Assembly (NCBI GenBank): GCA_030017355.1
Contig: JASEIR010000002.1
Coordinates: forward strand, 1,285 to 38,768
Reading direction: 5' to 3'
DNA: 37,484 nucleotides
Source: Actinomycetota bacterium
GTDB lineage: Bacteria; Actinomycetota; Aquicultoria; Aquicultorales; Aquicultoraceae
Part shown: positions 16,290 through 25,305 of the stretch, one piece after another
Layout: every line of letters starts with the position of its first letter
Numbering within the stretch: position 1 is the first letter of the stretch
Notes under the pieces: generated by a model
Database searches by the model: none
What the model saw: the letters and a program-made list of their open reading frames with translations, nothing else
What the model was told of the DNA's origin: nothing
Program-made: the position numbers and the translations under genes

Positions 16290-18254
16290 TTACAAAGGAA
16301 TTGTAACCATGATGGTTGTACCCCTATCGGGGTTTGGGTATACGTTAAAAGTTCCGCCAACTAATCGTGTTCTGGTTTGCATCCCGTCAACACCCAACTT
16401 TCCGTGACGCGATAGTTCTCCAATGCTTGAAGGCAATACAAATCCCTTTCCATTATCTACTATTTTGACTATAGTCTGCTTGTCATCGAAAGTTAGTACG
16501 ACTTGAGCCTTTGTTGCGCAAGCATGCTTTATAATATTTCGTAAAGCCTCTTGGATAATGCGGAAAAGAGTTACTTCGATTTCTGGTGTAAACCGTCTCT
16601 TCTTTCCTAATACCGTTAATTCTGTATCAATGTTATGATCTTCTTTTAGCTGGTTAATTAGCCACTCAACAGCAGGAAGCAGACCTAGCTCATCTATGAC
16701 TGAGGGCCGCAAATCTCTGCTTAGCTGCCTTACTTCATTTACAGCATCTTTAATCTGCTTATGGATGCCCCATAATACAGCTAACCTATCTCTTGGCAGC
16801 AAACGATCCTCTTCACAGAATTTCTCAAGCAATCTTAGTATTCCAATTAAGCTTTGAACTGTACTGTCATGGAGCTCTCGGGATATCCGTAATCTTTCTT
16901 CTTCATGAGCTCTGGTTATTTGCTGTAGGTAAAAACTTTGATCCTCCTGCATTCTTACTTCTTTTGTTATATCCCGACCAATAAATTGTATAGCTCCATA
17001 ATGACCGTCTATTGATATTCGATTAGCAGTTAGCATAACAAAAGCCCGCGATCCATCTTTCCGAATAATTGTCCTCTTGTATGGCTGCTGTTTACCGGCT
17101 CTATTTAGTTCATCCTTCTGAGTCAAAGATAAAGCTGAGTCATCATGTAAGAATAAATTCTTACTGTCAATACCGACCAGTGATTCTAAATCATATCCGA
17201 AAAGCCCTGCAGCTGCTTTGTTTGCTGTTATAACTTTTCCATGTGTATCTTGAACCCATATCGCATCATGCGCATTTTCGAAAAGCTCCCGATACTTTTT
17301 CTCGGATAACTTTAGCTTTTCAATTGCTCTAATTCTTGCATGATAGAGAAGATAGTTATGCATGGCAATGCCAATTAAATTCCCTAATGCTGTAAGCAAT
17401 TTAATATCTGACGTTTCAAGTAATCTATCTGACTTTATTGCTACGCATAGAATCCCCACGACTTCTCCATGCGCAACCAATGGAACGCTATGCTCTGATC
17501 TTAAGCCTTCTCTAAGTCGAATCTTGTTTGTTAAGCCATGCGATGCATCACCTAATACTATTCCGTCTAAGACCCTTGCTGATCCTTCATTTATGCCTTC
17601 ATATGCTATTAGCTTCAGCGCCTTGCTACCTTCATCAATAGAAAATACTAAAACAACTTCAACTTGTATTAGCTTCATAACCATGCCAATGGTTGTTTTC
17701 ATAATTTGATCTAACTCGTTTGACTTGCTCATCATTGTTGTTAAAGAATTTATGACTGATAGCTGTCTCTCCTGCTCTAAAGATAGTTTGACGGTTGTAT
17801 CCAAATCCCTCTGAGTGGCTTCTAATTGCTCCTTTGTCAATTCTAACTGCTCGGTTTGCTTTCTATAGCGATCAATCAATAAAGGTGCAAGGCTCCCAAT
17901 TAAGCAAATCACAAGTGTTTCCCACATGGCCTCTAGAGGTTGATTTGATATGAAAAGAGCTCTTGGCAGCATTGCAATAAAAGCCAGTATGACTGAGACC
18001 AATCCTCCTCTTGGTCCAAGGATAAAACTACTAAGAGTAATCGGAAGTAAATAAAGAATTCTATCAATTGTATGCCTTGTAATGCCTAGTGTTATATCGG
18101 GGCGTGAAAATAACCGAAAGGATGTCTGATCTTCGTAATGATGAAGTGTTATTAGAGTAAAAATAACTATTACTGACCAGATCTGGGGATTATAGATAGA
18201 TAATTGCTGATTCCCGCCCTGAGGTTTCCAAAGTATTTTAGTTGTCCGTTTCAT
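16290..18254 (-). CDS. Sensor histidine kinase (polytopic membrane sensor - coiled coil - GAF - PAS - HisKA_3 - HATPase), TCS-1
   Basis: H-box EERLRISRELHDSTVQSL (HisKA_3 type) and ATPase motifs DNGKGF and GVDGMQTRTRLVGGTF. The PAS-like segment is YRELFENAHDAIWVQD. The ATG at 18254 has a GGAG SD and leaves a 13-nt gap after the RR stop, the same spacing as in TCS-2. The track start at 18305 overlaps the RR gene. Confidence 0.85.
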   Translation of the reverse strand: MKRTTKILWKPQGGNQQLSIYNPQIWSVIVIFTLITLHHYEDQTSFRLFSRPDITLGITRHTIDRILYLLPITLSSFILGPRGGLVSVILAFIAMLPRALFISNQPLEAMWETLVICLIGSLAPLLIDRYRKQTEQLELTKEQLEATQRDLDTTVKLSLEQERQLSVINSLTTMMSKSNELDQIMKTTIGMVMKLIQVEVVLVFSIDEGSKALKLIAYEGINEGSARVLDGIVLGDASHGLTNKIRLREGLRSEHSVPLVAHGEVVGILCVAIKSDRLLETSDIKLLTALGNLIGIAMHNYLLYHARIRAIEKLKLSEKKYRELFENAHDAIWVQDTHGKVITANKAAAGLFGYDLESLVGIDSKNLFLHDDSALSLTQKDELNRAGKQQPYKRTIIRKDGSRAFVMLTANRISIDGHYGAIQFIGRDITKEVRMQEDQSFYLQQITRAHEEERLRISRELHDSTVQSLIGILRLLEKFCEEDRLLPRDRLAVLWGIHKQIKDAVNEVRQLSRDLRPSVIDELGLLPAVEWLINQLKEDHNIDTELTVLGKKRRFTPEIEVTLFRIIQEALRNIIKHACATKAQVVLTFDDKQTIVKIVDNGKGFVLPSSIGELSRHGKLGVDGMQTRTRLVGGTFNVYPNPDRGTTIMVTIPL

Positions 18255-18267
18255 GTTGGTTGCTCCA

Positions 18268-18921
18268 CTAATCCAGGCCAACCCAACCTTTTTTAAATGC
18301 AACAATAACAGCTTCTGTTCTCGAATTTACGCCTAATTTATCAAAAATATGACCTAGGTGTGCTTCAACTGTACGCACACTCACGTAGAGCTTGTCTGCG
18401 ATCTCCTTATTACTCTTACCCTGCGAGGCTAGTCCTAGAATCTCTATCTCACGATCTGTAAGAACTTTGTAGGAGTCATAGGTCTGAACCTTACTCTTAC
18501 TAACAAAACGGTCGATTACCTTACGCATAATAACAGGATGTAAGACGGATTCCCCTCTAGCCACGCGACGTATACTATCAATAAGTTCTTTCCCGCTTAT
18601 ATCTTTTAGTAAATAACCAGCAGCCCCCGAATCAAGAAGGGATACTATATATTGGTCTATGTCATATGCAGTAAGAATAAGTATTGGCACAGAGATATTT
18701 AAAGCCCTTATTTGCTTCGTAGCCTCAATTCCACTGAGCTTGGGCATAGCCACGTCAGCTACAATAATGTCTGGCCGCAACTCCCTTGCTAAATCCACCA
18801 TTTGTTCGCCATCTGCAGCTTCACCAACTACTTCCAAATCTCCCTCTTTTTCCAAATATTGCTTGAGACTCTCCCGAACAAATGTATGGTCCTCAGCAAG
18901 AAGAATTCTTATCTTTTTCAT
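18268..18921 (-). CDS. NarL/LuxR-family response regulator, TCS-1
   Basis: Receiver domain (ILLAEDH, DIIVADVAMPKLSG, ILTAY) plus a LuxR-type HTH (LTDREIEILGLASQGKSNKEIADKLYVSVRTVEAHLGHIFDKLGV). Confidence 0.9.
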   Translation of the reverse strand: MKKIRILLAEDHTFVRESLKQYLEKEGDLEVVGEAADGEQMVDLARELRPDIIVADVAMPKLSGIEATKQIRALNISVPILILTAYDIDQYIVSLLDSGAAGYLLKDISGKELIDSIRRVARGESVLHPVIMRKVIDRFVSKSKVQTYDSYKVLTDREIEILGLASQGKSNKEIADKLYVSVRTVEAHLGHIFDKLGVNSRTEAVIVAFKKGWVGLD

Positions 18922-19116
18922 AGTAGATATACTATAGCCATTTTCAGTAATTTCTATTGGTTATTACCCGAACTTGTCAATGTTTAAACGAACAATAATC
19001 AATCATTGCATAACCTCTTTAATTCTTTTCAATCGACAGCTGAAATATGAATCGATTGATAATATAGATGGAATTATTATATGCGGGCAGATTTCAGAAT
19101 CTATAGTAATTGGCCA

Positions 19117-20484
19117 TTAAAAGTAAAACACGTAATATCTTAACCATACATAAATCGTGCTAATTATCATTGTTAAAATCATTATTGGCATGCCATAGAT
19201 AAGAAATTTTGCAAACGTAATCTTATTGCCCATCTTTTCAGACATTCCAACAATGACTACATTTGCAGAAGCGCCAATAGCTGTTCCGTTTCCACCAAGA
19301 CAAGCGCCAAGTGCTAAGGACCACCAGATTGGCATCAATTGAGGGTTGTGAAGAAGCTGGATTCCTGCTTGATTTGGCCATAGCTTATGAGCCATATCGA
19401 TTATTAAGGGATTCATTGTAGCAACATATGGGATATTATCAACTATAGCCGATGCAAATGCTGAAAACCACATGATAATCATGCTCATAGCAAACAAATT
19501 TCCTTTGGTTATATCTAGTACTTTTAAGGAGGCCAGATCTATAAGCCCTACCTTGACTATACCTCCAATAATAATAAACAAGCCTATGAAAAAGAATATC
19601 GTTGCCCACTCAACTTCTGAAAATATGCTATGCAAATTTGGCTTTCTCGAAAGAAGCAAAAGCAATCCAGCTCCAAGCATGGCTATTGTTGCCGGTTCTA
19701 GGCCAAGCATACCATGTGCAATAAAACCAATTATTGTAATGCTTAGCACAAACAACGACTTTCCAAGCATTGAATAATCCTTTATTGCTTCTTTCTCGTT
19801 CATTTTCATGATTCTTGCTTTTAGCTCATCTTTTGTCTTTAATTTCTTGCCCCAGATAAGTTTTATCGCAAGAAGGTATACAGCCATAATTAAAATTATT
19901 GCGGGCGTAAGATGGTATATAAATTCCATGAAATCTAATTTAGCCTTTGAAGCTATCATAATATTTGGCGGGTCACCAATCAAAGTAGCAGTACCACCAA
20001 TATTAGATGCAAGCGCGCAAGAAATGAGGTAAGGAATTGGGTCAACATCGAGCGCATCTGCTATTAGTAGCGTCACTGGTGTGATTAAGAGTACTGTAGT
20101 TACATTATCTAAGAAGGCACTAATAAACGCAGTTACAATAGCAAATATTGCAAGTATCTTAAACGGCTCACCTTTACCAATTTTAGCACTTTTTATTGCT
20201 ATATATTCAAAGATACCTGTTGGTCGCATGATATTAACTATCAACATCATCGATATAAGCAAAAATATTACATTCCAATCTACGCCAAGCTCTTCGGAAT
20301 GAAATGCTTCTTGCTGGCTGAGTATGCCCATCGCAATAACAAGAGCAGCGCCAAAGATCGCTATAATTGTTTTATGTATGCGCTCAGAAACTATTAGGCT
20401 ATAAGATATGCCAAACACAGCGGTTGCTGCCCAAAAGCTTTTATCCATTACAATTTGTTGTGTTGCAGAACCCTCGGCTATCAT
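19117..20484 (-). CDS. ArsB/NhaD-type (ion-transporter superfamily, CitMHS/SLC13-like) anion permease
   Basis: 455-aa polytopic protein. The internal two-fold repeat carries the family-typical SAFLDNVTTVLL and SAIVDNIPYV hairpin motifs. It starts 11 nt after the CBS gene stop. Confidence 0.7.
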   Translation of the reverse strand: MIAEGSATQQIVMDKSFWAATAVFGISYSLIVSERIHKTIIAIFGAALVIAMGILSQQEAFHSEELGVDWNVIFLLISMMLIVNIMRPTGIFEYIAIKSAKIGKGEPFKILAIFAIVTAFISAFLDNVTTVLLITPVTLLIADALDVDPIPYLISCALASNIGGTATLIGDPPNIMIASKAKLDFMEFIYHLTPAIILIMAVYLLAIKLIWGKKLKTKDELKARIMKMNEKEAIKDYSMLGKSLFVLSITIIGFIAHGMLGLEPATIAMLGAGLLLLLSRKPNLHSIFSEVEWATIFFFIGLFIIIGGIVKVGLIDLASLKVLDITKGNLFAMSMIIMWFSAFASAIVDNIPYVATMNPLIIDMAHKLWPNQAGIQLLHNPQLMPIWWSLALGACLGGNGTAIGASANVVIVGMSEKMGNKITFAKFLIYGMPIMILTMIISTIYVWLRYYVFYF

Positions 20485-20495
20485 TCCATCAATCC

Positions 20496-20969
20496 TTAAT
20501 CTTCATAGAACATTTCTTTTGTGATCGCAAGGAATAAGTTGTGCTCGTAAAGCATTCCAATAACCGCACCAGTCTCGCCAATGACTGGCAATCTTTTAAC
20601 CCCATGCTTTAGCATGTGATCAATGCATTCCATAAGCGGAGCATCTTTGCTAACCGCTACTACAACTTTGCTCATAATATCCCTGACTAGACGTTCTCCA
20701 GATCTTTTAGCAATACCTTCTACCATTCCCTCCCATGAAAAATCACCTAAGTCTAGCATATCCATATAAAAAGGAAGCATAGCCTTAAGTACATCTCTCA
20801 TGGAGAGAATCCCTACCAGCTTTCCAAAATCATCCTTTACTGGTAATCCTTTACTGCCAATACATTCCTCTCCGCTCCTTGTTGTTCTTAAAAGAATTAC
20901 AGCTTTTTTAAGCGTATCATCTGGCTTTAAAAAATCGATTACAGGAATCATTATATCCTCTGCTCTCAT
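20496..20969 (-). CDS. CBS-pair (Bateman) domain protein
   Basis: About 157 aa with two CBS repeats (..LPVKDDFGKLVGILSMRDVLKA.. and ..RLPVIGETGAVIGMLYEHNLF..). The ATG at 20969 lies 5 nt after SD AAGGAG. The track start at 20975 is a GTG inside the SD. Confidence 0.8.
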   Translation of the reverse strand: MRAEDIMIPVIDFLKPDDTLKKAVILLRTTRSGEECIGSKGLPVKDDFGKLVGILSMRDVLKAMLPFYMDMLDLGDFSWEGMVEGIAKRSGERLVRDIMSKVVVAVSKDAPLMECIDHMLKHGVKRLPVIGETGAVIGMLYEHNLFLAITKEMFYED

Positions 20970-21110
20970 AAGCACTCCTTTTGCTTACCTTCCATTCTTT
21001 TTATTTAATATCCATATGCTTCTTTAAGCTATTTGTAGAAGCCAAGGTCGCTCTTAGGGAAGCTAACGATATATTACAAAACACCATCTTTTGATTCTAG
21101 TCAAAGCAAA

Positions 21111-21142
21111 AGAGAGCGAGAAGATTATTTTTCTCGCTCTCT
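21111..21142 (-). terminator. Rho-independent terminator after USP cassette 2
   Basis: A 12-bp perfect stem (AGAGAGCGAGAA / TTCTCGCTCTCT) with an 8-nt loop. On the minus strand it is followed by TTTGCTTTG. It lies 58 nt downstream of the USP stop. Confidence 0.7.
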
Positions 21143-21199
21143 CCTTAATCATTTTTTCTTTAAGTTAATTCTGGATTGCCTTTTTATTATGCTAGACCA

Positions 21200-22081
21200 C
21201 TAATTAGATTTTACTACTAGCACTGGACACTTTGCGCTTCCAATAACCTTTTCAGTGGTGCTTCCCATAAGAAGCCGTCTTAAGCCAGTGCGACCGTGAC
21301 TACCCATGCATATAGTATCAGCATTTAGTTCGTCAGCCATACTTAAAATCTTCTTATGGGTTTCCCCTTCCCTAACGTAGGTCTTAGCTTTTATGCCTGC
21401 CGACGCCGCCTTTTCCTTAACCGAATCTACATAACTTCTAGCGCCCTCAATCATTTTTTCTACAGCATCTGGTGCCTGTGCGAAAAATTCGTCTGATACA
21501 TCAACTACAGAGAGTATTATAATCTCGCCTCCACACAATTGAGCCATTGATATAGCTCTATTTGCGGCTATATCGCTATATCTAGAACCATCAACAGCTA
21601 GCAGAATTGTGTCGAAGCTAATAGAGCTATCATGCGGCATAACAAGCACATCTATCGGGCTATAACCAATTACCCTTGCTGTTATGCTTCCCATAAAGGC
21701 TCTCTCGATATTGCCTAATCCCCTTCGCCCCATGACAATTAAGTCTACGTCGTGCGACGTTGCAACATCGATTATTACCTCATGGATATTGCCCTCTTCA
21801 AGCGATGACGGCAAAAAGGCGCCTTCATCGCGAGCAATCTGCATTGCCTCAGACAGTATTTTTTCACCAGGCTCTCTAAACGCTCGTTTGATATTGCGCA
21901 TTCCAATTAGCTCTATTTCTCCTTCGTATGATGGTATAGCGGTTACTACCATTACATCACCGCCACACTTACCCTTTTTTGTGAACCTTATAGTTTGCCT
22001 AAGAGCATTCTTGCTCGAATCAGACCCATCAAAGGCAACTAATATGTCTCTAAATTTCCTCATAGGTAATAGTTTTCCCAT
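21200..22081 (-). CDS. Tandem universal stress protein, cassette 2
   Basis: 293 aa, collinear paralogue of 13400-14290 (VMGRRGLG.., ICMGSHGRTGLRRLLMGSTTEKVIGSAKCPVLVVK). It has the same SD context, AAGGAAGCTG. Confidence 0.85.
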   Translation of the reverse strand: MGKLLPMRKFRDILVAFDGSDSSKNALRQTIRFTKKGKCGGDVMVVTAIPSYEGEIELIGMRNIKRAFREPGEKILSEAMQIARDEGAFLPSSLEEGNIHEVIIDVATSHDVDLIVMGRRGLGNIERAFMGSITARVIGYSPIDVLVMPHDSSISFDTILLAVDGSRYSDIAANRAISMAQLCGGEIIILSVVDVSDEFFAQAPDAVEKMIEGARSYVDSVKEKAASAGIKAKTYVREGETHKKILSMADELNADTICMGSHGRTGLRRLLMGSTTEKVIGSAKCPVLVVKSN

Positions 22082-22111
22082 CGCAAACAGCTTCCTTTTT
22101 CAGTGGCTATC

Positions 22112-22173
22112 CTTAGATATCATTATAGCTAAGCATTCTTAGATATCATTATAGCTAAGCATTATAGCTAAGC
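22112..22173. repeat. Tandem direct repeat: 26-bp unit CTTAGATATCATTATAGCTAAGCATT x2 plus a partial third copy
   Basis: Units at 22112-22137 and 22138-22163 are identical, followed by ATAGCTAAGC. On the minus strand each unit reads GCTTAGCTATAATG, so a consensus -10 hexamer is reiterated upstream of the USP gene. Confidence 0.9.
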
Positions 22174-22226
22174 TATATTAGATTTATTATAGCCAAGCTG
22201 CACTTAATAAACCATCCTGGCTAGCT

Positions 22227-23393
22227 TTAGTTTACTGCCGTCTCAAGACTAATAGTCCTATCTCTTTCTTCCGCTGGCTTCTTACGCATAGCCTTTGCCA
22301 AACTACCCCCGATTATTATTGCACCAAGAGTTAAGGCAAAAACCATAATATAAAAGCTTATGTTGCTAAATGTCGGTATAAGGTTGTCTGCAAAATGTGT
22401 TAGACCAAGCTGATTTGTGTATTTAGGAATTGCAAAACCCCTACTAAAGGCAACTATGAGCATAATGGTTCCCATAACAACCTTTATCATATGCTCTTTT
22501 ACATAGGTGGTCCCAACAGCACCGATCTGGATGCCAAGTAGCGAGCCAGCAAGAATCATTAATGTTAGCCTTATGTCTATGTTTCCAACCAAAGCCCACT
22601 CAGTAGATCCAACAAGGCCCATTATAAATGCAATTACTAGCTCTGTTGCAGATGCTACTAGACTTGTCGCACCAATTATGTAAATCATTCCGGGAACACC
22701 CACAAACCCGCCGACTGCAATTGTTGCTGCCAGCAGACCGGTTGCAAGACCAACCGGAATCGTAATCCACATAGAAATCCTTAAGCCCGCGGTTTTAAAA
22801 TTCATCATTGGAGGAATATTGATCTTCTGCAGAGCTAGCGCAAGTCTAGATATTCTTTCGGGACCTGGGTTTTTCTTTGACTTCCATGCATCATAGAAGA
22901 CATAACTACCCACCGTAAGGAGTATTACTAGAAAAGCAAAGCTTACATAAAGATTAGATCCTGCTTCGCCCCACATGCGCTGTATATATTGCTGCACGAT
23001 AATGCCAATTTTTACACCAACAGACGCAGATACGCCCAGCGTTAAGCCAAGTTTAACATCAACTTGACCATATTTGTGCCGTTTAATTGCACCTACCAAG
23101 GCTTTAGGAAATTTGTGGCACATATTGCTAGCAACAGCCACAAGCCCCGGTACACCAATACTCATCATAGCTGGAGTTAATACGAAAGCACCTCCAGACC
23201 CTATAAAACCGCTAACCATTCCACCTATAAAACCAACAATAAACAAGAACACCGCATTAAAAAGAGTAAGCTCAATAAACTTGTTTCCTGTAAACGCTTT
23301 TACTGCTTCACCTGTAGCTAGGGCAGGACTTGCTAAAATTACAAGCAGTAAGACCGCTACCAGAGAACTGAAAATCACTCTACTTCGTATCAT
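22227..23393 (-). CDS. TSUP-family (TauE/SafE, DUF81) permease, long form, cassette 2
   Basis: Collinear paralogue of 14341-15516 (GFIGSGGAFVLTPAMM, AVGGFVGVPGMIYI) with the N-terminal LASPALATGE. The ATG at 23393 lies 7 nt after SD GAAGGAAGG. The track start at 23399 is a TTG. Confidence 0.8.
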   Translation of the reverse strand: MIRSRVIFSSLVAVLLLVILASPALATGEAVKAFTGNKFIELTLFNAVFLFIVGFIGGMVSGFIGSGGAFVLTPAMMSIGVPGLVAVASNMCHKFPKALVGAIKRHKYGQVDVKLGLTLGVSASVGVKIGIIVQQYIQRMWGEAGSNLYVSFAFLVILLTVGSYVFYDAWKSKKNPGPERISRLALALQKINIPPMMNFKTAGLRISMWITIPVGLATGLLAATIAVGGFVGVPGMIYIIGATSLVASATELVIAFIMGLVGSTEWALVGNIDIRLTLMILAGSLLGIQIGAVGTTYVKEHMIKVVMGTIMLIVAFSRGFAIPKYTNQLGLTHFADNLIPTFSNISFYIMVFALTLGAIIIGGSLAKAMRKKPAEERDRTISLETAVN

Positions 23394-23576
23394 ATACAAC
23401 CCTTCCTTCTCATTTATTCAGTTCAGCCGCCTAAGCACATGAGGTCGGGTCAGCGCATATTTTCATTTAATGCATTTCTAATCCTATTCCTCCTTAGGTA
23501 TGGCGTCTTATACATAAACCATAAACCATATTTTTCAATGTAAAGTTTTCAAAGATCTCTTTTATTTTTCTTTTTC

Positions 23577-23822
23577 TTACTTTTTCTTCTTCGCTACTAT
23601 ACCAAGCGACGACATGAGGCTATCAGCAAAAGTTCCATGCACAAAAGAGAAAACAAAGACTGTTACAATTGGTAATATTGCGTAGACCCCTCCCTTTGCC
23701 CAGGTACTCCTTACAAAAACTTCGTTCGCAAATACCGCTATGTATAGGGCTAGTGATAGCACTCCAAATAAAAGTGCTTTTGCATATGGCTTTTTTGCGG
23801 GTTTACCAGTAGTCTTGGCCAT
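23577..23822 (-). CDS. Small (81-aa) two-TM membrane protein, cassette 2
   Basis: Paralogue of 15608-15850. The SD AAGGAGG lies 9 nt before the ATG at 23822 and only 3 nt before the ATG at 23828. Confidence 0.65.
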   Translation of the reverse strand: MAKTTGKPAKKPYAKALLFGVLSLALYIAVFANEVFVRSTWAKGGVYAILPIVTVFVFSFVHGTFADSLMSSLGIVAKKKK

Positions 23823-24235
23823 AAACATTAACCTCCTTTGCTAATTATTTAACTTTTATTCCCCCCTTCCTTGTGATTTTTCTAGCATTTAGTGCATGGC
23901 ACTAGTGATATCCACCGCAGTAAAATCTGGGCGCTAATAAAATGAGTACCTCAGTAGCATGCAAGCCTATTTTCATATTAGCACTACGGGTTATTTCGTC
24001 AATGGCCAACGAGTATGTACACTATTCGCCGCACCGCATTATGCTGAATGATTCAATGCATTAATTCACAAAGAATTAAACGTTATTTCCGCACGATACA
24101 AGCTGTGATTTAACGTTTACATTAGTCAGAGTAATACGTTGTCAAATCTTGGTACTAGCTCCGATGTGCACGGACCGCGTTCATGTTCAAATGAAAACTA
24201 GTCAAATTCCCAATCGCTAATGAAGGAGGGAACAT

Positions 24236-25198
24236 ATGATAAATAAGAAACAATACGGCTTTTTGCTTATAAGCTCACTGATATTTCTAGCAGCGTTATT
24301 TGCATCACATCCCGCATTAGCTGCTTCAGGTAATCACTCAGCCAATGTTGCCAGTACCACTCCATGGTGGATATGGCCATTGGTTTTATTTTTAGTTACT
24401 TTCACTATGGGAATAGTTGCGATCCCTGCTGGCGTAGGTGGCGGGGTTCTTTTTGTTCCAATTGTCAGCAGTTTCTTTCCTTTTAACCTTGACTTTGTCA
24501 GAGGCGCAGGCTTAATGATTGCCCTATCAGGATCGTTAGCTGCTGGTCCTGGTTTGCTTAAGAGAGGACTTGCTGACCTTAGATTGGCAATGCCGGTGGC
24601 TCTTATAGCGTCAGTATGCTCTATTTTAGGTGCTATGGTTGGCCTTGCTATACCTCAAAATCTTGTTCAAATAGGCCTTGGTGCAGCAATTCTCGGGATT
24701 GTAGTGGTTATGCTGACTGCTAAAAAGTCAGAGTATCCTGAAGTTAGAAAGCCAGACGCATTGTCTATAGCCTTGCGATTGTCTGGCATCTATCACGAAT
24801 CATCAACCAATCAAAACATATCGTGGCAAATCCACAGAGCACCAGCTGGTTTCGTTTTATTTATTCTTATTGGTTTTATGGCTGGCATGTTTGGTCTTGG
24901 TGCCGGCTGGGCAAATGTTCCCGTTTTAAATCTCGTGATGGGAGCACCACTTAAATTATCTGTTGCTACAAGCAGTTTCCTACTTTCCATAACAGACACG
25001 TCAGCTGCCTGGATTTACATAAATAAAGGAGCGATATTACCTATGGTTGTTGCTCCCTCTATTGTTGGAATGATGTTGGGTGCGTTTGTTGGCGCAAAGG
25101 TACTTGCAAAAGCAAAACCATCAAGAATTAGATATATTGTTATTACAATGCTCTTTTTATCTGGCTTAAGAGCCTTACTTAAAGGCTTTGGTGTGTAA
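24236..25198 (+). CDS. TSUP-family (TauE/SafE, DUF81) permease, 320-aa form, copy 1
   Basis: SD GAAGGAGGG. Canonical DUF81 motif AGVGGGVLFVPIV and second-half GLGAGWANVPVLNLVMG. The signal-like N-terminus ends in HPALAASG. Confidence 0.85.
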   Translation: MINKKQYGFLLISSLIFLAALFASHPALAASGNHSANVASTTPWWIWPLVLFLVTFTMGIVAIPAGVGGGVLFVPIVSSFFPFNLDFVRGAGLMIALSGSLAAGPGLLKRGLADLRLAMPVALIASVCSILGAMVGLAIPQNLVQIGLGAAILGIVVVMLTAKKSEYPEVRKPDALSIALRLSGIYHESSTNQNISWQIHRAPAGFVLFILIGFMAGMFGLGAGWANVPVLNLVMGAPLKLSVATSSFLLSITDTSAAWIYINKGAILPMVVAPSIVGMMLGAFVGAKVLAKAKPSRIRYIVITMLFLSGLRALLKGFGV

Positions 25199-25305
25199 TA
25201 AAAGGCATTTTAAAGTCATTTGTTTTACCTTTCTTAAAAGCTTGAATTCGACTTATAAAAGAATAAAGCATTAGAAAGGTTATTGCATGATTTAAGGAGG
25301 TAGAA

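Noticed and set aside
18255-18305. N-terminal extension of histidine kinase 1 overlapping the response-regulator gene by 38 nt
   Set aside because: The ATG at 18254 has a GGAG SD and reproduces the 13-nt RR-HK spacing seen in the paralogous TCS-2. The extension has no counterpart in kinase 2.
22112-22173. Possible CRISPR array
   Set aside because: There are only about 2.4 directly abutting 26-bp units with no spacers and no cas genes in the window. It is a simple tandem duplication.
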